64,000 nucleotides of DNA from a virus (Duplodnaviria; Caudoviricetes), in the IMG/VR virus record IMGVR_UViG_3300032030_002018. The stretch is one strand, 5' to 3'. Shown in pieces: positions 49,221-59,600 of the stretch; positions within the stretch are counted from its first letter, which is position 1, and every line of letters starts with the position of its first letter. The translations under genes and the position numbers were made by a program. The notes below the pieces were generated by a model. The model was not told the DNA's origin, ran no database searches, and saw only the letters and a program-made list of their open reading frames with translations.

Positions 49221-49270
49221 AATACAAATATATTTTTTTTAATAAATATCAAATAAAACTTAAAAAATCA

Positions 49271-52200
49271 TCACTTGTGTCTTAATAAGAAGTAAGTTAA
49301 TGGATATTGTTTAAAAGTTTCGCCACTTTTAGCAGTTCTTGTTACTGCGCCGTATGGTGACACGTGCTTTTGTAATGTACCTGCACACCATTGTTTATAT
49401 TTAGAACCACAGTATCCACAACTGTGATATCCACTACCAGGAACAGAACTTCTTTTATCCCATCCTACAGGCCACATAACGCATATATCACCTGTTTGTG
49501 GAGTGACTGAAAAATTAAAATCTCTTACCACTGACGCAGGTGTAGTTCCACTAGCCGCAGCAACCCATTCTCCTGTTGATAAAAGACTCTGCATTAATTG
49601 CCAAGGATACGTTACTCTCGTGTATTTCTGACCGCTTTTATCCAAAGCGACCATAACCCAATGCGTACATCTACCGTCATATCCGTGATTTGAATCAAGT
49701 ATAAGTTGTTTTTCGAACAGTCCTACTTTCCACCCTCCAATCGTTGCGTTTTCATCAATTCCTTCAATTGAGCCGCCTTTGCCAAGTTCAGTTCCATATC
49801 CATAGTCTGAATTTCCAATCAAAGAGTTGCAATCTTTGATTTCAATTCCGTTGCTGTCAATCTTTGTCTTTATAAATGATTCATTTCCACCGCTTTTAAG
49901 ATATTTTGTGATGCATTTCCTATATCCGTCGTGTACTTCCTTTGAATCAAAACAAGTACCGTCAGCCTTATATACACCAATTATTCTTGACGGTGGAGTT
50001 TTCTCAACAACCTTTACTTGTATGTGCTCAGGATTTTCCTTTGCTCCGTTATCATCTTTTATAACCCATTTAAGTTCCTCAACATACCGTATATAGTCAC
50101 TATTAAGACAAACGTCAAAAACACCTATAAGTTTTGACTTGTCATCACAGGTGAATCTTATTGTATTATTCGCAATATTCTTTTCATCAATTCCAATATT
50201 AGCACCTATACCTGAACTCTGACAGGTTTGGTTGACAGCCTTTGCAAAAGCTTTAGCGAGTTTGTCTTTTTCCTTGTCCTTATCATTCCTTACTTCTGGT
50301 TCTAGTTGCCAAAAATGGTCTATCGAACCATCATTTACATAGATGTGATACTTATTTTGAAATAGCCACTCACCACCCCACCAGAACGCTTGGTTTGGAT
50401 TTTCTTTTGCAGCACCTTTACATACTTTCTGCTTTGCAAGAACAGGGTCCCATCCACACATAGTACAATAGTTTGTCATTTTTGACAACATATCATAAGT
50501 CAACGCAACAGGTGAAGATTTTTTCCCTGTGTGATTATACTTGCTTACTATCTCGACAGGATAAGAAACTTCAGTCATCTGTCCAATCAAAGAAGCTGGG
50601 CCATTGAAAAAAACTTCCTTAATATCTTCCCAATATTTGTATTTTTTATAATTACCAGCACGGAATGGTTTATCTAGATAATCCTCATTATACCATCCCA
50701 TTTTCTTGTTCTTGAAAATACCGTGTGAATATTTTTTGTTAGGGTGATGCCAATAATTGCAAATAAAAGCTGCTTGTATTTTATTTCCAATTCTTCCTGA
50801 ATATTCACCGCCAGTTTCTCGATATACAATATCACATAACGTTTCCCATAGTGGCTGATTCTCAAATGCGCTTTCAATTGAAGCGTCTTTCCACTTATCT
50901 ACATTCCATCCGTATTTATTCCACACATCAATCGTTCTGCTCATCAAGTCTTCCTGTGGAATTGAACCACCCTTTCCACCTCCGAACAATGGATATACCT
51001 TATAAGGGCAGTCATTGTCATAGTTAGCCAAGGCATTCTTTCTCGCTTCCATATCATTCCTTCCTGAAGATTGGTTAAGTAATCCTTTAGTAACCCAATT
51101 CTTCACCTTTCTATTCTGTACATTAGCCATTCTAACACCTTTGAATGTAGTTGTCATATTTCCTGGTTGTATGCTGTGCGTTACATTCATAATCTGATAT
51201 GTACCCCTGAACAACGGAACATTCGTAAGGCAGAAATACATAAGTGGCTGTATCCAAGCACAACCCATCATCTTTATTGTGCAAGTATATGAGTTGTTTG
51301 AATAAACAGTGTAAAGGTCTTGTCCAACAAATGACATCCTCTTGTTCTCAGATTCCTTGTTGTCATTGTTCATAGAAGCAATCATATACTGTGCCTTGAT
51401 AGCCTGGTCTGTAGCGATAGGCGAATCCATAGAAACGTCAATATCAGAGAAAAAACTTTGGTATTGCTTTCCATAAGACACACCGAACGCAGGAATATGA
51501 TAGTCAGTTTCATTTCCTCCTTGCAATGGTATTGGCAAATGACTTCCTTCAGGCGTTATCATAAATGAATCACCCTTATAGGCGTTCCCATCGCCAAGGT
51601 CAAGGTGTGATGAAGCCTCATATGTGTAATTGAATATGAAATTAGGATGATTTGCAGGCTTTTTCATATCCAAATATGATATCGGCTTGAATATATTCTT
51701 TAAATTCTCCTGTTTTGACAAATCTATGAAATTGTTTATGCAGAAAAACAAGAACTTATTGACATTGCATATATCTCCAAACATTGAAAGCAATGAATAC
51801 TGTCTTGATGTCTGTGCTTCAATTATCTTATCCGCAAAATCGCCAATATTTATCAATATGCTCTGTCCAATCTTGTGATAAAATGTATCAATGAATACAA
51901 ATACCGGATTATCACCCTCAAAATAGTATTTAAGAGTGAAATTATCCCCAACATTATCGCCGGCAATCCATCTATCATATATAAGCTTTATGTATCTGTA
52001 AATACCTACCCTTATATCATCATTTGTCATTGTTGCATTGTCCTTGGCAAGTTTTGTACCGCTTGTCTCACCTTTATTGTCTGTGGTATTGCTTGAAACA
52101 CCATATTGAATCTTCAATTCATCAACAAACCCATCAATGAAATTGTTTCCGTTTGATTGTGAAATTGATATTACACCTTTTCTGTCTTTTTCAGCGTATG

Positions 52201-55200
52201 CTGTTGTTTTTAATACAGCATATCGTTTTAGAATAACCTTTGTGGCTTCTTTTGTTCCTTCTCCAGATTCTCTGTTGGCTAATAGGAAACCGTCTACGTA
52301 ATCTTCGTCTACTGTCACATAATTAGCAAAAAAATCTTCGTAATTCTCCAATTTATCTGCAAAATATTTTACAGTATCACCTCCTTTTATTTTGTCATCT
52401 TGTACATCTTTATTATTTAATACCCATCTATGAAAATCTTCTTTTGGGAATTCACCTGTAAATCTTAATTCAAGTTTTTGTATTGCCTTGAATCCTTCAT
52501 TCATCCATTTGTTAAATTCGTCTATAAAAAAATTCCTAACGTCATTTCTTACGTTAATAAACTTTTTTCTATAATCATTGATATTTTCCTTAAGTTCCTT
52601 TATTTCACTATCTACAGACAATACAGCACCAGCTAAAAGAATTGAAGCATACGGTACAAAAGAACAAGGTGTTTTGTAATCTACGATTCTATCAAGACAA
52701 GTATCATAATCAACAAGATGCCTTAATGAAATTAGAAAATATGTTGCCTTTTCTTTGTCACTACTTAATGAATAATATACAGGGCTTCCAAAAACACTTC
52801 TACTAACGTTCCCGTCATTTGTATCATCATAATCAACATCTGTTAATACATTTACTGTGTATTTATTGAAATCATAATCAGCGCAAAATTCTTCAAAATT
52901 TATCTTCTCATATTTAACATCACTTTTTTCGAAATATGGCAAATTTCCTAAATCAAAATCAGAACCAGCTTCGCCATTACCCAAGACAAATCCTTTTTTA
53001 AATAAACCATATTTTTTTCCTTTATCAACCTTAATTGGAAAAACTTCTGCCGTTTGTTCTTTATCTTCAGTACCATCCTCTTTTTCTACAATAATAGGAA
53101 TCTCTTTATTTATTTTTTTATAAAGACCCTGGTGGTTAATATAGCAGTCCTCATACATCGCAGCGGTACATTTGAAATCTTTGAATATACCCTGTACTTC
53201 AGAAGAATACTCGTCGTTAAACTTATTATTTATTATATTCTCATACCTATCAGGCGTTGCGTCTATGAAAACAACATTTGGAACTGTCTTGTCCTTTTCC
53301 TCATCATTTGCTGTGTCACTTGTAGCCAAATAATTATCCAACGAAGAAGGTCTTTGCCTATTGTCCTTACCAACAAAAGGCATATCACTGTTTATTTCTT
53401 TAAACCCTACATTTTGAACCGGAATATAGTAAGATTTATTTTCAGACGTACCATCTTTAACGCCTGCATAACCTGCCTTAGACCTTGTTTTTACTGTTTC
53501 CTTTACAAAGAAATCATTTAGTTTGAAATCAGCGTTTCCTTCAGCCATAAACAATCCCTTGCTTCCCTTGCTTGATGGGTTGTCCCAGGCATATCCATAT
53601 TCAGTGTCACTGTATTTCTTACCATATGTCTTTCTTGTGCTATCACTTGAACCTTTAAGCAAGTCAACGAATACTTGTGTAAAGCTAACATTATCAACAC
53701 TTAACTTCTCAATGAATTCCTTACTTGGATTTGGAAAGAACTTGGCGAAGTTATACGCCTCAAGTTTACCTATCGTTTTTGCGTGGCTTCCGTAATCAAT
53801 GTTGCTGACACCGAATATCTGTGCCATTCTTATACCAACCCTTCCAACTACATCAGTAAAATCTGAGAAATCAACATCGCTTCCGTATGGGTTTCCTGTT
53901 ATTATGAAATCAGTAGGGCACATAGGATATTCCATAGGTGTTGTATAACTACCTACATTATCAGTATTGGAAATCGGTTCTCCTCTTTTAGCGGCTTCTA
54001 ATTTCTTACTCGCTTCGTTGACACCGTTAATGATGCCGTTAATCAAATCTTCCTCTCTCCAATTACCGGATAAGTTTCCAATCCAACATTCCTCTTCGTC
54101 GGAATATCCGCCTTCTGAATTCTTGTTCGACACTTCTGTTACCCTTGGAAATGGAGGTATATGGTCTTTTCCTATCCTCAAATCTGGTATTCTGTTAAGG
54201 TCGACGCCAAGTTTCTCCGGTGACCTGTTCTCTGTATCATTCTCGATATCAAGTGCTGTCTGTTTAATCATATGGATTAACGTCTCAAAATGAGCCATAA
54301 TAATCCTTGATATGTTCTCTATCGTAGGAACAAACCCAAGAGCATCTATCATTTTCTGTTGCTCTTCTGTTATGCTGCTCTGTTGCTCATTCTCAATGTT
54401 CTGATTTACATCCTCATTCGTCTTGAACAAAGTGTCGTAAAAACCGTTGTCAAGTATTATAACACCACTTATTTCATCTGTCGATATAGTGTGTGGTTTA
54501 TCTTTATCATCTTTTCTCCATCTATCACCTTTTCCAAATTTGCTTAATTTTCCCTTTCTGAACTTTTCAAGATATTCATTTAACCATTGTGTCACACCAG
54601 GATATGACTTGAGTTTTTCCTTCATATCGTCACTTATCGCAAGTGACATCTCGTTCATTTTCTTTCCTTTGAATGAGAACAATGTTGTAGGCGAAATTGT
54701 TTCCGGCGAAGTAAGTGTATTCTTTATGTTCTTACCTGTCTGACTATTGTAATTGTCTATTGAATCATTAAGGTTTTTCCATAAAAGTGCTGTTTTACCT
54801 TTATCAGACATAGACAATCTGTCCATTATGTCCTTATTACTCTTAATATCCCCAGGTAATACACATACAACACCCCTTACATATTTTTGGCTTACACTAT
54901 CGTATCCAATCTTGAAGTCTGTGAACCACAGTCTTTTAGCCATTAAGAAATTAGCAACATTTCTTATGTGTTTCATATAGTCCTCATAACAAGACATTAC
55001 ATCAGACAATAATTTCTGTTCTGTGCTTCCATCTACATTGCTGTTAGTATTTGTATTGCCTGTAGTGTTTGATTTTCCATCATTCTGATTGTTTGTCTGT
55101 TTCTGAACAATGGTTCCATCAGCGCTAGCATAAGGAGGTTCCGCTGGTCTGTTTGCTCCGTTTGTCGTACCTGTATCTCCAAATCTAACAGGTTCATTCT

Positions 55201-56320
55201 GATTTTGCACTGACGGTGTTGTTTGCCACCCAAAATCAGGTCTGCTGCCTTCCGCAGGTGGTAATGACGCAACTAATGGCTGATTTGAAGTTGTTTCTGA
55301 AACTGCAGAACTGTTTGATGTTGTGTTGGTATCTGTCGAGTTAGTTGAGCCTGTGCTTTGTGTTTCTGAATTACTTGATGATTCTTGTGCTTCCCTTTCT
55401 GCTTGTTCCTGTACATATGCTGTGCTTGTCTGTTCTTGCTGTTCAGTAGTTAAACTCTTTATGGTCTGTACAATTTCTGGAAGTCTTTTCATTGGTGTAT
55501 GTCCACCAGTTTCATCTATTGTATAGAACTCACCTGAATTTACTTTCTCATTCCAATAGTCTTCACCAAGATAATCAGAATATGGTGCAGACGTTATTGC
55601 ATTCATCATAACATCAGAAAGGAAAGCATATGCAAATCCGACAAACGTTGAGTCAACATTGAAATTTCCTGTTGAAGAATCAAAATGAGCCTTCCATTCT
55701 GAACAAGAAAGTTCATAAGATACAGGTTCCCCATAAAATCCCTTCACTTCAAGTATATACCTTGGATAAGGAAAAGAGAAAAATGACTTGAAGAACGAAC
55801 CCTCAACATCTAATTTGTGTAATCCTGTAGTAGCATCGTGAGCCTCTTCCTCAGGAGAGAATAATGATGCGCCCCTAACGTCGACGAACTTAATCTTGAC
55901 TTGTGGAACCATCATATGGGTGTATTCAATGTCAATTGAAGATATGCCAAACATTTCGTTATTCTCACCTGTTTTAACATCGTCAACATACAAATCAGTG
56001 TATTTTGTCGTCAAATAACATCTTGTTTTGCATTCAACACCCTCATATTCAGTACCTTTTAGAAAACTTAGGAATTCTCCAGGCTGCATATCCTCATAAT
56101 TCACAGCAAACTCCTTACCTTCGTTTGTTGTGTGTATGTTTATATTACGCCCCTTAACCTGAACCTTCAGATTAACGAATATCGAATAATCTGATGGGTC
56201 AGGTATAGACTCATTTGTATGTAATCCGTGTTCTCCTATGTCAGTTCCTACATTGCTGACATAATTTGGTTCTACATAATATATCCTACTATTTCCAATT
56301 GGTATTAAATCTTCTGCCAT
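49271..56320 (-). CDS. 2349-aa baseplate hub / tail-associated lysin-like protein
   Basis: Follows the LysM/gp53-like gene; hub-like motifs (MFGISSIDIEY...VKIKFVDVRG; YTCTIKMMGCAWIQP...GTYQIMNVTHSIQPGNMTTTFKGVR); hydrolase-like C-terminal domains. Confidence 0.7.
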   Translation of the reverse strand: MAEDLIPIGNSRIYYVEPNYVSNVGTDIGEHGLHTNESIPDPSDYSIFVNLKVQVKGRNINIHTTNEGKEFAVNYEDMQPGEFLSFLKGTEYEGVECKTRCYLTTKYTDLYVDDVKTGENNEMFGISSIDIEYTHMMVPQVKIKFVDVRGASLFSPEEEAHDATTGLHKLDVEGSFFKSFFSFPYPRYILEVKGFYGEPVSYELSCSEWKAHFDSSTGNFNVDSTFVGFAYAFLSDVMMNAITSAPYSDYLGEDYWNEKVNSGEFYTIDETGGHTPMKRLPEIVQTIKSLTTEQQEQTSTAYVQEQAEREAQESSSNSETQSTGSTNSTDTNTTSNSSAVSETTSNQPLVASLPPAEGSRPDFGWQTTPSVQNQNEPVRFGDTGTTNGANRPAEPPYASADGTIVQKQTNNQNDGKSNTTGNTNTNSNVDGSTEQKLLSDVMSCYEDYMKHIRNVANFLMAKRLWFTDFKIGYDSVSQKYVRGVVCVLPGDIKSNKDIMDRLSMSDKGKTALLWKNLNDSIDNYNSQTGKNIKNTLTSPETISPTTLFSFKGKKMNEMSLAISDDMKEKLKSYPGVTQWLNEYLEKFRKGKLSKFGKGDRWRKDDKDKPHTISTDEISGVIILDNGFYDTLFKTNEDVNQNIENEQQSSITEEQQKMIDALGFVPTIENISRIIMAHFETLIHMIKQTALDIENDTENRSPEKLGVDLNRIPDLRIGKDHIPPFPRVTEVSNKNSEGGYSDEEECWIGNLSGNWREEDLINGIINGVNEASKKLEAAKRGEPISNTDNVGSYTTPMEYPMCPTDFIITGNPYGSDVDFSDFTDVVGRVGIRMAQIFGVSNIDYGSHAKTIGKLEAYNFAKFFPNPSKEFIEKLSVDNVSFTQVFVDLLKGSSDSTRKTYGKKYSDTEYGYAWDNPSSKGSKGLFMAEGNADFKLNDFFVKETVKTRSKAGYAGVKDGTSENKSYYIPVQNVGFKEINSDMPFVGKDNRQRPSSLDNYLATSDTANDEEKDKTVPNVVFIDATPDRYENIINNKFNDEYSSEVQGIFKDFKCTAAMYEDCYINHQGLYKKINKEIPIIVEKEDGTEDKEQTAEVFPIKVDKGKKYGLFKKGFVLGNGEAGSDFDLGNLPYFEKSDVKYEKINFEEFCADYDFNKYTVNVLTDVDYDDTNDGNVSRSVFGSPVYYSLSSDKEKATYFLISLRHLVDYDTCLDRIVDYKTPCSFVPYASILLAGAVLSVDSEIKELKENINDYRKKFINVRNDVRNFFIDEFNKWMNEGFKAIQKLELRFTGEFPKEDFHRWVLNNKDVQDDKIKGGDTVKYFADKLENYEDFFANYVTVDEDYVDGFLLANRESGEGTKEATKVILKRYAVLKTTAYAEKDRKGVISISQSNGNNFIDGFVDELKIQYGVSSNTTDNKGETSGTKLAKDNATMTNDDIRVGIYRYIKLIYDRWIAGDNVGDNFTLKYYFEGDNPVFVFIDTFYHKIGQSILINIGDFADKIIEAQTSRQYSLLSMFGDICNVNKFLFFCINNFIDLSKQENLKNIFKPISYLDMKKPANHPNFIFNYTYEASSHLDLGDGNAYKGDSFMITPEGSHLPIPLQGGNETDYHIPAFGVSYGKQYQSFFSDIDVSMDSPIATDQAIKAQYMIASMNNDNKESENKRMSFVGQDLYTVYSNNSYTCTIKMMGCAWIQPLMYFCLTNVPLFRGTYQIMNVTHSIQPGNMTTTFKGVRMANVQNRKVKNWVTKGLLNQSSGRNDMEARKNALANYDNDCPYKVYPLFGGGKGGSIPQEDLMSRTIDVWNKYGWNVDKWKDASIESAFENQPLWETLCDIVYRETGGEYSGRIGNKIQAAFICNYWHHPNKKYSHGIFKNKKMGWYNEDYLDKPFRAGNYKKYKYWEDIKEVFFNGPASLIGQMTEVSYPVEIVSKYNHTGKKSSPVALTYDMLSKMTNYCTMCGWDPVLAKQKVCKGAAKENPNQAFWWGGEWLFQNKYHIYVNDGSIDHFWQLEPEVRNDKDKEKDKLAKAFAKAVNQTCQSSGIGANIGIDEKNIANNTIRFTCDDKSKLIGVFDVCLNSDYIRYVEELKWVIKDDNGAKENPEHIQVKVVEKTPPSRIIGVYKADGTCFDSKEVHDGYRKCITKYLKSGGNESFIKTKIDSNGIEIKDCNSLIGNSDYGYGTELGKGGSIEGIDENATIGGWKVGLFEKQLILDSNHGYDGRCTHWVMVALDKSGQKYTRVTYPWQLMQSLLSTGEWVAAASGTTPASVVRDFNFSVTPQTGDICVMWPVGWDKRSSVPGSGYHSCGYCGSKYKQWCAGTLQKHVSPYGAVTRTAKSGETFKQYPLTYFLLRHK

Positions 56321-56324
56321 AATG

Positions 56325-56645
56325 TTAATCTAGTCCGTACAATTTTATATATAAGTCAATGTCGTCGTTGTATTTCTGAATAGTGGAATCCAACGGAAAC
56401 GGTATCCTTAATAACGCTCCGTTTGGAATACAGAACTCCAAAGAGCCGTATTCAGGGTTTGCCTGCATTATCAACCAATCATAATTAGCATTGCCATAAT
56501 ACTGATACGACAATAAATCAAGCCTTGTCCTACCAGCTTCATATGTATGGTAATAATCAGTACCCTTCTTTGGTATTGCTATAAATGGAACTTTCTTAAC
56601 CTCGTTTCCGTTCCTGAATTTTCTATATCTGTCGTATGTTGCCAT
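56325..56645 (-). CDS. LysM-like baseplate wedge protein (gp53/tail X-like)
   Basis: RLDLLSYQYYGNANYDWLIMQANP...IPNGALLRIP. Confidence 0.85.
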   Translation of the reverse strand: MATYDRYRKFRNGNEVKKVPFIAIPKKGTDYYHTYEAGRTRLDLLSYQYYGNANYDWLIMQANPEYGSLEFCIPNGALLRIPFPLDSTIQKYNDDIDLYIKLYGLD

Positions 56646-59600
56646 TACGGGAATAATTTAATCTTATCAATTTGTCCATTATCATTATAAAGTACCTCCT
56701 CAGACCTGTTGTCATAAACACCAGTGTTGGCATAATAATTGAACGAAACAGCATTCTGAAGCCTTGCAATAGGTCCTGCAAGGTCGCTTCCTCCAATAAA
56801 TGTGAACCCAATCTGAACGTCAGCAACCATCGGCATAACACCAATACCCTCTGTGTTCAAATCCCAATGTATTGGGTCGTAATTTATTGAAACATTCTTT
56901 ATTATGACCTTTGTATAATAGAAATCTCCAATTCTAAGTATGCATACAGGAGGTCTTCCGAAAGAAAGGTTTCCTGCTGTCTTTGGTGTCAAGTCACTTC
57001 TTCCTACTGTCGGTCCTTGCCTTGTGCATTGATGTAAGAAAGTAAGCCTTGCATTAAAACCTTCAGGGGTTATTGAATGGAATGCAGGGTCAAAATACTT
57101 TATCTTGTCTGTTATCTTATGATGTAAGAATGGTGCTTTTAACGGCAAAAGTTTGAAAAACTCAGCCTCGTTATCGTGATTGCTGCTGCTGAAACTATAT
57201 TGGAAATCATCAATTTCATCTTTTTTCTCATCAATATCAGTATTCTCCCTTATAACATCATCGCCAGCAATTGTTTCACCTGTCATATCATCTAAATACC
57301 TGATAGAATCGTTAAATTCATCAGGTGCAACAATGTCAAGTCTCTTAATCTGAGGCATACTGTTATAATAAGTATCTTTCTCATCTTCATCATCAACCAC
57401 AGGACCAAGATACATACCACCACTTCTTTCAGAAGATTCACCAATTGTCTGCGCTTGACTTTTCTCGTCAACAATTACCTGCCTTGTTCCTCCTGTAACG
57501 CCTACACTAGTAACTCCAGTATCGCCTGTTTCTGAATCTCCACCGACATTAGCACCTCTTACAACTTCCTTGATTGTGTCCTTGTCTTCATTGACCTCAT
57601 CTGTGTCAACGTACATATCAACCCTTACACATCTGTACATCTTGTTTTCAAGACTGCTTACATTACCTCTATCGCCCTCACTTCCACCAACAGCACCTTC
57701 TTTGAATAGATATTTGTCACACTCAACCAATTTCTCATCCTGAAGCCATAATTTAACAGTGTTCGCACGATTCTTTATTAGTTTTGAATTCCTGTCCTTG
57801 TTCCTTGTTATTCCGTGACTGTCAGCAAATCCCTGACAAACTATCTTACTGAATTTGTGGTTCATAACAATATCCCTGAATGCAAGAACACGTTCCTCAT
57901 CATAATACCCAGTAAAAGCGTCCTCATAATACTCATTCAGTGCAATATAAACATCAAATAAACTATACAGTTTTCCCTTGTCTTTGATACCATACACCTC
58001 GCATATCTTGTCACGTTGACCACCAGCATTCAATCTGTAGCTTGTCGTATCATAATAATCTATTGTTGAATTGTACTTATGACCACTACTGTCAATCTCT
58101 TCCTTGTCGAGAATCTCATTCTCATTATCCTTGTCAACCCTGTACGTCCATTTTCCAACCTTCTTGTCCGTAGAACCCTGTCTGAATATATTCAACCTTC
58201 TTCCGCCACCTTCTCCATCCAAAGGCGGATTAAGATTTTCGTGAGAACCCTCGTGCCATACCGCTACAAGAAAATCACTCTCACCAACAGTATAAGCTGT
58301 ATTGTAATCAACAACACTGACTCCAATACCATTTCCTTGTACCTCATATCCTCCAACCCTTAGGTTCTTGTTTGGGTCTGCATACCATTTGTGCATATCA
58401 TAGCTCAGTATCTTTCTCCTGTTTCTGTCAATCATTGGTCCAACGCCGTCAAGAAGATAACATATCGGTTCAGAAGGTTCTTGACTGTTGTCAAATTTAC
58501 CAGAATAATCATTTGGGAAGAACACAAAGAAAGTCAAAACATCAGTTGTTGCTGAATTTTCCTTGTCCTCAGGAACTACTTCTTCTGTTTTTTCAGGAGC
58601 GTCCTTTGCTGTAAGCATATCACATCCTGCAAAAAACCTCAAAAGTGACTGTTCTGAGCTATCAATATCGTCAACCTCAGAAGGTTCTTCATTATAATCC
58701 TTTCCATTCCAAAAATCAAGGACAGATGGATGGTCTATCAATAGTTTAAATGACAAACTACCCTCTCTGCTTGTGTTTCCATAAGTATATATATCCTCGC
58801 CTCTTCCAATGAATGTATTGTTCTTCCAATCAACATTGACACTCTCATTGAACTTCAAGTCGTACGGTGGAAACCACATAATCCTACCACCAAAAGGTCC
58901 TTTCTGTTCATCTGACAAAGCATTTGAGAACATACCCTTCCAAGCAAGGTTCTCAATGGAGAACATACATTTCTTGATATCCTTAACAACATCATTTGGA
59001 GTTATGTTGACCATACCATTCTCAGTGTTCTTAACTCCATAAGTATCAAGCCTTTTGCCACCTGTTCCACCAACACCGCTGTCAGTACTCCTGAAGTTTT
59101 TGAACCCATACTTGTTCTCCAATTCCTCATTGGTTATAATCTTACCATCCTCACTTAATGGTCTTATAGCATCAGCCAACGACTTGTACTGATGATGATA
59201 AGTCCAAACACGACAATAAGGATTGCCATACCCCTCAGATGAATCAGGATTCCTTTTCAGAAGGTTTCTACCCTTTGACATACCATATTTCTTGCTTATG
59301 GCAGAACTTGTGATATCACCCTCAAATGAATCTGTAGCCTTTGTGTGGAATCTTGCGATAAGGGTTTTGTATTTGTCGTCCTTGAAATTCTTGTTTGTCT
59401 TGTTTATCAGGTCATTCTTACTTGTGTCCGACAATTCAAAACTTGAAACATATCCATATTTAATTCCGTCGTTAAAACTACCGCTTATATTTGGAGATGA
59501 ACCAGCCTCATTTTCAGCATAAGACTCAATTCTGTTCCCATTAGAAAAAGTACTATGCAATTCACTGGTATTGAACACATATCTCATTGGATTACTTCCT

